NCBI GenBank assembly: GCA_040285745.1
Contig: JAUFOR010000002.1
Coordinates: 248,001 to 312,000 of the forward strand
Source: Barthelona sp. PCE
Taxonomy: Eukaryota
Reading direction: 5' to 3'
Length of the DNA: 64,000 bases
The translations under genes and the position numbers were made by a program. Shown piece after piece: positions 21,067 through 34,200 of the stretch; position 1 is the stretch's first letter; the number at the start of each line of letters is the position of its first letter. The notes under the pieces were generated by a model, which was given only the letters and a program-made list of their open reading frames with translations, made no database searches and was not told the origin of the DNA.

Positions 21067-22182
21067 TTAATCAAATGGTGGTAGATCTATAGAAAGTGGC
21101 AGATGAACTTTCTTATTAGAGAAAAATGGAATTACTGTGGAATTAATGCAAAATTCACCTCGCTTAACCTCATCAAGATACTGATACATCAACTCCAACA
21201 CTCCAGGTTTCCCATTAGTTTTATGGTATAAAACACTCATAAACATAAGCAACTTTCCTATTATCTCGTTCGTGTCCAACCTGCACTGTTTTGCAAACTC
21301 ATCTGTGGAAATTGAAATAATATCTTCGATGCTGTCTGAATTAGGTGATTTAACACCTATCACAAGCTGTGTGATACCAGCCAGATAAGACTGTGTCCAC
21401 CATTTGATAGCCGTTGGCCTGAAACTCCGATCTGATAATATTCGACCTCTCACTCTGCGAAAATATCGTTCTTGAACAGTTTTAATTTCCACCGTTTGTA
21501 TGTTCTCTTCATCATTTGTATCCAACGCATCAATTTCTGCAGTTAGAATAAAAGAGAACCTACCCATTCGTCGTTTATAGATAATATGCTGTGCCGCTTC
21601 AAATTGAGGAATTCCAATATTACCGTCTTCTTTTGTACAATACAGCTCAAATCTTCGACCTATAAAGTCCCCTAAGTTCTTCCCATAACCTGAACAATCA
21701 AAAGACTTGCAATTTTTCAGCTGTAAAATATTTCCCTTACGTGCAATGAGGAAAAAAGATTGTTTGTCTCTACGATCATTCATAATCAAATCAACAAATT
21801 GTGTGAGAGTACCTCTGTTACATACAATAATGGGTTCTTGATTGTTTTGCGTCTTTAAATAATCATTAATGGTTCTAAAAACATAGCCAAATGAACCTAC
21901 ACAATAGGAACTCGCTCTAGGTACCTTAAAGTATGTGTATCCCTCAACAAAGTCTTTTGTAATGTCACCCAATGGTCTAATGTCTGGACGCATAATCGGA
22001 ATGTCTTCAATTGAGCACTTCCTTGTGTGCATATATGCATTTGGTTCTTTACCGTTCTCGCGTTGGATTTCTATGATATTCATAACTTCCTCAAATGATC
22101 CAATCACCTCAATATCCCCTACATTATTAGAAACACTTCTGTCATAATTTCTGTGTGTTTGATCTATTCGTATAATATCCAT
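21067..22182 (-). CDS. RAI1/DXO/Dom3Z family decapping exonuclease
   Basis: GRRFELYCT, AEIDALD, VEIKT and KWWTQSYLAGITQLVIG. Confidence 0.85.
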   Translation of the reverse strand: MDIIRIDQTHRNYDRSVSNNVGDIEVIGSFEEVMNIIEIQRENGKEPNAYMHTRKCSIEDIPIMRPDIRPLGDITKDFVEGYTYFKVPRASSYCVGSFGYVFRTINDYLKTQNNQEPIIVCNRGTLTQFVDLIMNDRRDKQSFFLIARKGNILQLKNCKSFDCSGYGKNLGDFIGRRFELYCTKEDGNIGIPQFEAAQHIIYKRRMGRFSFILTAEIDALDTNDEENIQTVEIKTVQERYFRRVRGRILSDRSFRPTAIKWWTQSYLAGITQLVIGVKSPNSDSIEDIISISTDEFAKQCRLDTNEIIGKLLMFMSVLYHKTNGKPGVLELMYQYLDEVKRGEFCINSTVIPFFSNKKVHLPLSIDLPPFD

Positions 22183-22299
22183 GTCCCTCTAACCAGATTT
22201 AACCCTCGCACAAGTTATAAAAACTTTGTGAAAAGAGAAAGAAATGAAGTGGCACGATATTATAATCTTTACCTTTTTATACATTTTAATGAAACATAA

Positions 22300-25200
22300 A
22301 TGATGCCATCACAGGCTATTTTTAAACCTTTCGGGGATCTATCAACCATTAGTGTTGATTCAGAACTTTGTGGATTTTTTACTGCACAAACTGATTTATC
22401 AGGTATAAATACAACTCCCAGACTCTATTTGGCAGAAATTAGCGAAGGTCACTACATGATTGTGTCTGATCCAACAAATTTGTCAATCTTGTGTACTATC
22501 TTTACATTATCTTTTGATAATGCACCCGTTTCAGTGTTTTTACAATACTCTGAAACATCTGAGCACGATATATTATACACATATGAACCAAATTCACTAA
22601 AGCTGAACCATATGAACTCTCTTCTAAAAGATTTTTTCTTCTTTTCAGAGTTTGTGAACAATGAACAAACTCCATATAATGAAATTTCATTATCATTACT
22701 TTTACATAATTTTCGTAGTCTTTCTGCATTTTCTAAGCACCTAATTCCACTTTTTATCGATGGAATAGACTTTCATTCCAGTTTAGTATCATACGCATTC
22801 ATATTAGTAATGTCCACTACCTTATATGATGTCTTTTTTTCTATTGACTCGGAAAGATTAATTGGAATAGATGATGATACAATAGTGGAATATTTACTTC
22901 TAGCCAAGAAATTTTTCTTTTTTCAGAATACTTTAAAAAAAAAAGAATTCAGTGATTTTCTCAAATATGCCGATAGTGTACAGCGTATTTTCATCACAGA
23001 TGGTATTTTTAGCTTTGAAAAATATAAAGAAGCTTTTAGTCCGGAACGTATGAAGGTATTTATGTTATTTTTTAACGTTTTTCACAATTCAATTTTTAGA
23101 ATACCTTTCTTTTTCAAATTCTTTATTTATGGACTAACAAATTGTGTTGTTTTTCTCTGTAAGTGTATCATTTGCAATAAGTTATGTGATAATGATAATC
23201 AATTTTTATTTTCGTCACTCATGTGCAGTTTCCAACATTTAGCAGCATTACCTCCAATTATTTCCAACATTCGTTTGTTTATTGACAGCTGTTTAGGTCT
23301 GTTACATAAGAGCTCACTTGAATTTCAGCAAATGAAGCACGACAAAGAATTTTCTCTTATTCATGCAGGTTTTTTAGATAAATATATTAGTTATGTAGGT
23401 GAGCAATACATAACCTTTCAGAGTTTGACTAATAGAATAGTATTTTTAGGAAAATATATTGAAACGTTTAGTTTGTATGCTTCTTCAACCAAGTATATAT
23501 TAGCTCATTCTTCAGGATTACTGTCAATACTTAACTTCTCATATCTGTATCAAGTAACAGAAAATATTAAAACTTTAGATGTTCTTTTCTTTTCTTGTCC
23601 TATAAAAGTACTTAAAAAAAAGCTAAAGGTTATTTTAAATTTTATGCGAAGAATGGAGAAATGCTTTGTAGATGGAGTTGAGGAGAGCATTGCCCCCTTC
23701 AATCATCTTCAAAAGTTGCGTATCGTTGGAGGATTGGTTGCAAGTGGTATTTCTAAACCGTTGTTTCTTAAAAGTCTGTTCATGAATCTTGTTGAGAAAT
23801 TAATTTCAAGCTTTTCTTTCAGGCAGTCATACCTGTTTGGTGATCATAACATCAGCAATTTTAGTTTTAGGTCATATACATCTGAATTTTCTAAGATTAT
23901 ACCTTGCGTGATGGAGTACTACAGGTTTACTGAAACTTTCGAATTTTTCCAGTTATTTCACAACAATACTCTCATAAACAAGGACAGATTTAACACAATT
24001 AGTCATTCATACGAAAAATGGTTTCACAGATGCAATGCATTCTTTAATGTGATTCGTACCCAAATCCATCAAGTTATTGAAACGATCATTAATGTAATCA
24101 ATACAAAAGCCCCGATATTTGATTGTGGTGAACATATTTCCAATGATCTCCGGCAATTATTGAATCTCAAATTTGAGCTTCTGCCAATGAATACAATATT
24201 AATAACTAAAAGTTGTATCAATTTGACAATTTTTAGAAATGATAATGTTGAATACTCGGGTGCACAACAATTTATTTTGTTTTACCGAAGATTTCATCAG
24301 TTTTTTTCATCTTTTCAACAAATGATTCACAATGATATATCTACCTTTGATTCAACTGTTTGGAAGTATGTTAAGACGTTCTTTTATGATATATGGACTG
24401 ATTTCCAGCATTTCATTAGAGCACAGACATGGAATCATTTGCCTTCTGCTTTCCAAGAAATTCAAAAATTTGTTATTCCAATGAACCAGTTTCATATCAG
24501 AATTGCAGAAGGTTTTAATACATTTATTAAAATACAATTAAGGTTTTTAAGAGGAAAAAGTTTTCGAGGAAGTACTTCATTATTTACAAGACAGTTTGAT
24601 AATGTTGAAGATACATTCGATCATGTCAAGAACCTAGTTTTATCAGAAGCACCGCGTTTACACGCAGTATTTTTAGAATCATTGGAGTTTATTAAAGATT
24701 CGATGTTGAGAACGAAAACATTAAAAATTATCAGTTTGCATTTTTTCCTTTTGAGACGTTTAGTGATAGGTCTAAAAATGTATTACATTCAATTGTTTAC
24801 TGCTTTAAAGAATGAAATTGTTGAGTTCCAAGACAAATGTAATGAGAATATGAACAACGGTCTTTTTAAACGGAGTAGTTTAAGCTATAATTATACTGAT
24901 ATGTGTCAGAGCGATATATCTTCTGTACCTTACATGCTTGTTCGGATTGTTCGAGTTTACCTTACGTTTTATCAGCAGTTCAAAAAATTATGCAAAGAGC
25001 AATTATCTTTAAATTCTGAAGTGCTAAAAGCAATGGATAATCTTTTGTTTGAAGGAGAATTATTTGCGTGTATTCTAACCCTATATGGTTCTTTAGAGCG
25101 CAAAATGGAATATGAAAATACCTTACTTGATGCTCACAGAAAAGAATTTGACAAGATCGTTTTGAGAAAGTATAACACCGATGTTAGTTTAGAAAAAAAC

Positions 25201-28200
25201 ACAGAACTTTCATTTCCTTCATACTCATCCTTCAAAAAGAGTGCAGAGCATTATTTTACAATATCTAATCTTTTTGCAATTACTGAAGAAGAACTCAATA
25301 TAGCATTAGAAGATATCTTTAGATTTTTATTTAATAACGTATTACAAACGAGCAGAACTGTGGCTGATGAGATTTTATTTGATTATGTTTTTCTAAACTT
25401 TAAACTTTTTGTTAATTGCTATCAGACTTTTCAGTCCCCCTCTTCTCTTGATACTTTACTCCCAAGCATCTTTACAATCAATGCTTTTAGGGAGATAAAC
25501 AATAGTGAAAAGACAGTTAAGTTGAAAGATTGGTTGGAGAAAATTGAAGAAAATGATTTGTTACCAATTTGGTTTCCTTTTCATGATAGTATGTGGTTTG
25601 ATGAAGATGTTTTTGAAAGGATAATCATTCAGCTGTATATCAATCACGGTAGTGAAAAAGTTTCTAAAAGTCAATTTGGTAAAATTCTTTCTAATTTGTT
25701 CATTGATATGTTTAGTTCAAGTATTCAAACTAGTTTCAGTTCAATTGTTTACGTCTGCTTCAAGTTAATTTTTGTTGGACATCACAATTTTTATATGCAA
25801 GTAAGTAAGTTTATTTCCGATAATATTATTGTTTGTTCAAGATTTATCGAAAAACACCTTTTTTCTCATATGAAGAAGGCTGAAAAGTTGAGAAAAAAAT
25901 TTTTTAATGCAAAAATGGAGTTAAGAACTGTTAATAGAGGAATTTTTCTGAGTTCGATCCGAGAACCCGTCTTTGAAGATACAAAACTTGTGTCTTATGT
26001 TCGTAGTTCGTTTGGCTATTTGGTGAGCATCCTGGACCAACTTCGAATGTGCATTAGTGACCTGTGTAACTACAATATTCTTGCATTGGAGTTTATCAAT
26101 GCAGATTTTCGGTGTGAGGAGTTCATTACTGAGTTCAAAACATTTGCAACTGATAATTATAATAATATTTTTAACTTTTTGAAGAGATTTAATAAGTTTG
26201 TAAGTATTCTCCACATGCCCGTTTTTGCCTCAGAAACGAAAGATCATATTAAACATCTATCTAAACTTTGGAGTGAAAGCAAATCCACTTGTTCATGGCG
26301 ACATCAACCCAATTGTCCCATTTGTAGTTACATAAATATATTTGCTTCTTTTTGTGTTACTTTAGAAGAGATCATTCAGCTAGAACCAATGGAACAAACC
26401 CAAGAGCTATATTTACATCATAGCATTTGTGTATTACTGGATTTAAAATGTCAAGGATCTCATTTAACATGTGTTAAACTGTTTTGCATATATTTCTATG
26501 ATAAGGCTATGTTAACAGAAACTATTGAATGGTTTGAAAAGGAACGTGCTTTAAGTAACGAATGTCATATTTTGGAAGAAACCCTTTGCTCAATTCATCT
26601 GCCATTGTACACGATATCAGATAAGCTATATTTGCTTAATCCACATCATATTTTTGACTTTTGCAAAGAGTTTTCTTCTCGTGCACAAGTTTTGAATGAT
26701 GAATTTTTATCATTTCAATCAAAAGTCACCAGTCCAATTCTTCAAAGTTACATAGCATTGAATTTTAATGGTACATTACTACATCGAATATATGCTCGTG
26801 TGGAGCTTCTTCAGCGGTTCATTGGTTCTTTAATTCTTTTCAAGAGCATTCAAGATTATATTGTAATGTATTATCAATACATCACTGCTACCAAGTTCTT
26901 TATGGACTATTCAATTGATCCAGAGTTATTTCAGCAACTACAGGAAGAAATAGATGCATGGAACAGGTATATTGCCAAATGTATCATGACTGTACATGAA
27001 ACTTTTGAGATTTTTCATGGATCTTCACAAATGCACTTAGAAATGTTCGAAATCAATTATTTGTATATCCTAAGATCGATGAACCCCAAAGGAACCGTGA
27101 CTCTCATGAATATTCTTGGAAAATGGGATGGCTTTGAATATGAGCAAAATTTTGTAATGCATAAGTCTTTTGAGGAATGGTCATCAGATTTGTCGTTGTA
27201 TATTGAAAAATGTCTGAGTGTTATACACCCTCTTTCTGCTCAGTTCAAGATTATTCATCTGTTTCGAAATCGAGACGCTCTCCTCATCTATAGTTCATTG
27301 GTTTACGGTCTGACACTTCAGAAATGTTTGCTATCAACGTACATAAACCAGCATTTTATATTGGGACGATTTGCACCCGAAATTCATCATTTTAAAACAT
27401 CACGTAATACAATTAACGGATGTTATAACATATCCGGTGAGCTTCTGAAGTTTACCAAGCCTGTGTCTGATTTTGTTCATTTTAACGTGGATAATCCTCA
27501 ATCTAGCCTTAGTTTGCACGAAAAACTACTGTCTAATATTAATGATAGCATGCTCGATTGCTATCGCTCATTATCTTCCATTGATGTAACTAACTTACAC
27601 TATCATTATATATCTGGTGATTTCAAGCATATTCCTTCTCTTTTAGTTTTCTATAAGATTTTTGTTTATGCTACAAATATTTTTGAAACAGTTGAACAAT
27701 TTATCAATACCGATCGGACAATGTTTGAATCAATTATAACAGAATTTATTGTTCTTTTCCAAGATTTGTATGAAAATTTTGTTCACTCAATTTTCTTACA
27801 CATTTCAACAGCTGTTGGGCAATCTGATGTCTATCACTGCTTAAGGGTCATTGTGTTTGCATTACTCATGCAGATTGAGTTTGCTAAGCTGTGTATTCAA
27901 GCGGATAATGATGAAGATTTGGAAAAGGTAATGCAGAGCGGAATTTTTTGCTACGATTGTTTCGCTAAAAATAATTCTAACATTTACATAAGGCCTGAAA
28001 TCTCTGATCTATTCACAACAACTGGCGAATGTGAGTCAATATATGTGTCCTGTGGTAGACTTGTTTATGTACAATCAAAGCTAGATTTTGTTCCTCCATT
28101 CCACTCTTCTCACTGCTTCCATACAATCCCTATGGCACAAGACACTCGCATTCTTAAGGAGTTGTGTACCTGTCAGTCGTGCGACGATTTTTTTCTTGCT

Positions 28201-31200
28201 TTGTCGGGAAATAGTATCACTCATCAACTTAGCACGTTGCAATTCTTTTCATTCATCATAGGCAAACGTAACATCATCATGGAATTACGAAGTGATACAT
28301 CCTTCATCAATTTCTGCAACAGTATTGTTTTTGCTTTAAAGTCAGACTGTATGTTGTTTATAACTACATTTGACAATGGATTTCAGCAGAAGCACGAACA
28401 ATTCCTCATTGAATTGGTACATAATTTGCGTAAATGTATTGCTACCAACAACCATCAAGTTAAAGTACCAACATTTCCACACATATTTGATTCAAAGCAC
28501 GTAGCAGACGATGATCCATGCCACATTCAATTCAGTGAGACAAGTGCCATCGTCTTTGTAACGCATCCTATACATAGCATAACACGTTACCTACCTTTTT
28601 CATCTACAGTTCGGATTATTCACTGGAATGCTTCTGTAGATGTATTTAGAACAAAACTAGTATTTGCATTTGTTGGGTTTGAGACATTGGATAACATATG
28701 TTTTATTTTGACACAGTACATTAAAAGTTTTAGGGATATTTTCAATATTTCTCTGCCTTTATTCTTCCATCAAGCGATTTCTATGCTGTATGTTGAGCTA
28801 CACCATGCGCATTCCAAGAACGAGGATGCATTATACGATAGATTGCAACTATTATCATCTGTATTATACTTTATCTGCAAACTTTTTGTTAACTCAACAC
28901 ATTATCCAATGTTCCATATGGATACGACAAATGGTGAGTTTGAAAAACATACTGACATTAACGTTTTTAATACATTTCATGAGAGTTTTTTTAAATCTAT
29001 ACCTATCGTTGATATTTCTATTTTCTCCAAAATATTCCCAGTCTTTACTCCTGTGCATGACAGCTTAAAAGATTTAAAACATGGAGTTTTGTATGAGATC
29101 GATGTTAAGATTAAGGAATTTCTTTTAAGCAAGTTCAATATTGATTTCTTTTTCGAACACTATGTTGCATTGATACGAGAAATGTTTTTGATGAGTTTCT
29201 TCATGCCAGTATTATTTTTCTTCGTTAATAACAGCTGCTTTAATGTTGAAACACTCAATATTATTGAAGAACTTTACAGTCACTACCTACCTTCTGCAAC
29301 TATTTGTTTTGATATTAAAGACATCAATGATCCCGATTTCCCTACAAATTATATGAACAAATGCGACAGTATGCCGCTCTATCTCATTATGTACGATCAA
29401 ATGTTTTTTGCAAATCGCTTAAGCAACAGCTCTGGTTCTCTTTTTAGCGGCTCTGCAAATAATAGTGTTGGGACGTTTGTATCTGCTTCCGTTACATCTG
29501 GCGGCCGTTTCAGTTATTTGACGCGTGGTTATGGACAAAAACCTGCTGTGTTTCTCGTAGAATCAAGGGAACCAGTTGAAACTCGCCTAATCCAACATAA
29601 ATTCATTGAGAAACATGACGTTCATCACATAAACGGAGATACCTATCGGGGACCAATCAAGTTGTTGCCTGGTATTTTTATTAACGAATTGTCAAACTTA
29701 GAAACCAACATTAAATCACTTCTAAACACAATGCATATGTTTTTCGACAACGCTTTATCTCAAGAAATGTACTCGAAGGTTGAGCGTGTGCTTTTAGATT
29801 CATTGACGGTATTAAATGAATCTAGTAATGCTCCTGTTGATGGAACTGTGTTAAGGAGAATAGTATTCAGAAATAGAATTCATCTTTCACTTGATACTTT
29901 TTTCTATTTTCTTTGCGGTGTACTAACAACCTTTTTTAAACAACGTACTTCTGAAAACAATGTGTTAGACTTATTTTTTAATAATGCATTAATGTTAGCT
30001 CTGTTTGTTATGTTGGACCAAGATTTTTCTATTGGAGTTGAGAGAATTCATGCGCTTCTTAATGTTCACTTTGAAAAATCTCTCACAAATATAGTTCTTA
30101 ACTCTGTCATTTATGAATACTATTTATCATGTTCAACTGGTTTTTTTGTCTCATCTACACCAATATGTCTCGAAATTCTTGCTGTTGAAGTGAATAATAT
30201 GCCTTTATACGATTTGTTTCTTATTAATCCGTGTATGCTCTTCATTGAATGGTATTTACGGTGCATATTCTTCGGTGCAGAGCATGCGTTTGGGAAGTAT
30301 GTACATTGTGAGCTTAGCATTCAATCTCCACTAAAACCCAACAGTATTATTGATCTGTTACTAAGAAAGGATCAAACTTCTCACCCTATGTATAGCCTGA
30401 ATATTAGTGAGGTTCAAAAACAGCATTTTTTGCAAGATGATTTTTGCTTTGATGAAAACCATATATTGTTTGTTAATTCCTCTTCTTGTCAATTCAGTTC
30501 GTTGTATCGAAACCGGTGTATTATCATCAAAATAGATAAGTTATTACGTAAGGATTATGTTACGGCATTTATGACAACAATTTTGGATAAACGTTATATT
30601 CTTCAGAAGAGTCCAATTACCAAACACGTTATTTCTTTCTTCTCTTATGCAATTATTCAACTTTACAAAGCTTCTGTGAAGGTTGGCGTAGATTTACTTG
30701 TTCACTTTTTTATTTCTTTAGAGAAAATGTTGAATTCAAAGCTGCCAAATTATAATTGTTTGCGTATTTTTCACACATGTCTTGTTTTTGAACTTTGGAA
30801 TTTTCCCTTTAGAGACGATGTTATTGAAGATGCAATTGAGCATAGCCCCATTTGCCTGGGTGATGAGTTCATGATTTGCATAAATATTGATGTGAACAGT
30901 AATTTTGATGATAAATCGGATCGAAACAATTCAGTCATATCATTGTCTGATTTTTCTGCATATTGTGAACGTCTAGGTGGTATTTTTAAATCATTAAAGA
31001 ACAGTAATAATAACTTTCCTAAAGAGCTTTATAGAAGTTTATTTGCTTATGAATACGGCATCAACAAGCATCCTTTTGTTGTTGTTATGACTGAGTCAGA
31101 GAATTCATCATCACTTAACTCTCACTCCATTGTACTCCTTCCTATTCTTCTTCATAGCTTAACGATCCTTCAATACGATCGTCTTGTATATGATTTCTCC

Positions 31201-34200
31201 ATTGATCTGAACACATATCCATTCCCAAACAAGAACGATCCGAGTGCTAATCCTATTGCCATCATAATTCTTCAAGATTGTTTCTTGAAATTGTTGGATG
31301 ACATGTCATCTTCATCTAAACTCCTAAATTTTGTTCAAAACAAAGGTTCCGATAAGAAATTTAGATTTTTTATCATTTGCAATAATATTGATTTGTTTTC
31401 ACAACATTTAGTTCGCCACAATGACTATTTCGTTCAATTTTTTTATGATGACGTGTTCAGTTTCAGAGAACATGACTTAACTTTTGATGGAAGTAACTTT
31501 AATGATGCTGTTATGTTCAGTGGAGAGTCTCTTTTAAACCAGAATCTTGAATTTTTCAAGAATTTTGCTTTGGAGACAAAATCTGACCCTATCAAAATAA
31601 TGAGCCAGACGATACGAATATTCGAGCAAATGATAGAATTGAACGCTATTAATTGCACAAATCCATTGAAGATTACTGACTTTGTGCAATACTACTCCGA
31701 GAATGAATTTGATGACATGCCTTTTAAAAAATTTAAGTCGAAACTAGTTAACTTTTGGTCCACTCGTCTAACAAATAGCATGAATGGAATCAATGTTGAA
31801 GAAGATGACATGTTGTTTGCTAAAGAGATTAACAAAGTTTCATATAATTACGCTCATCAACAAGTTTTTAATCAGTTTAACAACCTTGGCCCAACAATTT
31901 TCTCACAGAATAGATTATTTTACCCTGCTGACAGGATGGTTGGATGTTGTGCTGCGACACCTGACATAATCACACATATTACGAGTGTTTATAAAGATCT
32001 CAAACAGTTTCTTACATTTATTATCACCTTTGAAGAATATCTTTTAAAATTAATTGATGAAAATGAAGAAAAAAGCGAAACTTTTGAGCTTGAAAAGTCT
32101 GTAATTCAACAAATAATTAATGAAAAGGTACTATGTGATCGGGCCAAGTCTAAAGATGTTTTTAACCAACTTGTTGGTCTTGAAGGACAATATTCAAAGG
32201 AAAAGAAGAAGCAACAGAAGATTATTGTCATTAGAAAGCAGCTGCAGCAGATCAAAGATACTTTTATCAAATTCATACCAATTATTGATTTGTCGATTGA
32301 AGAAATATCTATTATGACATTTTTGTTCGTTCTTTCTGAGTTCATAGTTTGCTCAACGTCGATATATGTCAATGTACATGACGTTTTGTACGAAAAACTG
32401 GAAAAAATCATAAAGTTTGATACAAGTTTCGATTTTTACAAGTGTATGGATGTTATTTTAGATATGTTAGTACCCATGACCAACAAACATCACTTTTATG
32501 CTGACTCTCACATCAAGCGTAAGGCATTTGCAATTTTCACATTTTCACAATTCTCACTGTTGTGCACTTACAACATTCCATCTGTCATCCTTGACACCAT
32601 CAAACACGTATACAGTTTTGATATTGTAGTTCTAAAGAACGGAAGTTTGCACGAAAACATGCGATTCATCTCTGAAGCTATGTATTTTGTTGAGTTGAAG
32701 AGCATTGATGATTGTGATTATTTCTTACCTCTAATCGAAGCGTTAATTGCGTGTAAGAACAACAGTATGTATAAGGAGGTTGTTTATAATGACAGAATTT
32801 TGAAGATTGCCCACGATACACGTGTGATTATTGTGATAAAGAACAGTAGTTTGGTCGACCAATTGAGCTCTCACTTTATACACTTCACAGAGTTCTTTTG
32901 CACTTTACCTATTACAACACATATACATAGTGTTCAGCATACTTTTATTGATTCTGAACCCATTAGTAAGTTCAGTTTTGTTGATCTTGTTCGTTTTTTC
33001 AATACTAATAAGCAATTCCTCAATTATGTTTATGAGACCAAGAAGGACCCTGCATGTTTAAATGTAATCAGTAGATTGCACAGAAAAATGATTGAGGCAG
33101 GAATGTTTTCAAACATAGTATCTAGTGACGTTGGTGATACAAGTATGTTCAACGCACTTGCAACATCTATTGTTGGCATCGCCCATAGTTTAGAACGAAT
33201 GCGAATCCAGTTTCTTCCAAACATGAGCTGTTTCAATACTAACACCATTGATGATCATCTGCTGATCACGAAAAAAATCTTAGCTGATGAAAAATTAGGT
33301 AGCGGATCGCTCACAACTACAACAGTATTCTCACGATTGTACCATTACATTTTGTGCCAATTCCTCTCAGTCCCTCATGATTTCCGTCTCCTGAGCTGCT
33401 TGTATTTTTGCTTACAGAATGCGCTGAGTGATGCTAGTTTCGATAATGGTCCTATCCTTGCATTGCTCAATGACGAATCAGTACAATGTGGAAGTCTTGA
33501 ATTTACTAGCTCTCTTAAAGATTTTCCGAGTTCCACTTATATCGGTTACAACAAACCTTGTATTTCAGCAATAATCAAATTATTTCATTATCTTGTGAGT
33601 GATGCACAATTGTTCAAGTATATACTTAACGAAAAAAGTACTGATTTAGTTACATCCCACCTTGTTGCGTTTATTCACGATAATTATGACTCATTTTTCA
33701 GGTATGACTCATTTGTATCAGTTATGAAATCCCGAAGCTGTGATCTTTTGGATAATTTCCACAATTACACCCATGAATATATTTTTTGGATAATAATATT
33801 GAGCCCATTGTCAAACCCACGTTATGTTTCACCATGTTCAAATGTGATCTTCGCATGGCTAACTGTTGAATATCTTCAAAAATCTGTGTCTCCTAATCTT
33901 TGTACGGCAATCTTCAGTGGTATCAGACCATCATTTGAAGTTGTTCTAAGATCTCTTGAAGAGGGATTTCTTGGCGAGATTGTCATTGCTGCCACCGATG
34001 GGTACAGTGTACCAACTTTCTCACTGATTATCCTGCTTCAGCTTAAAGAACAACGAGTATATATTGGTTTTCTGAGCGATTCATTCATGATGTTTGAACT
34101 GGATTGCTTTACTAAATATAGTCAAGTCATCATTCAAGTTACGTCCTTGGAGCAAATTGATCTTCTTTATACACTTTTGGAATACTACAATACACTTCCC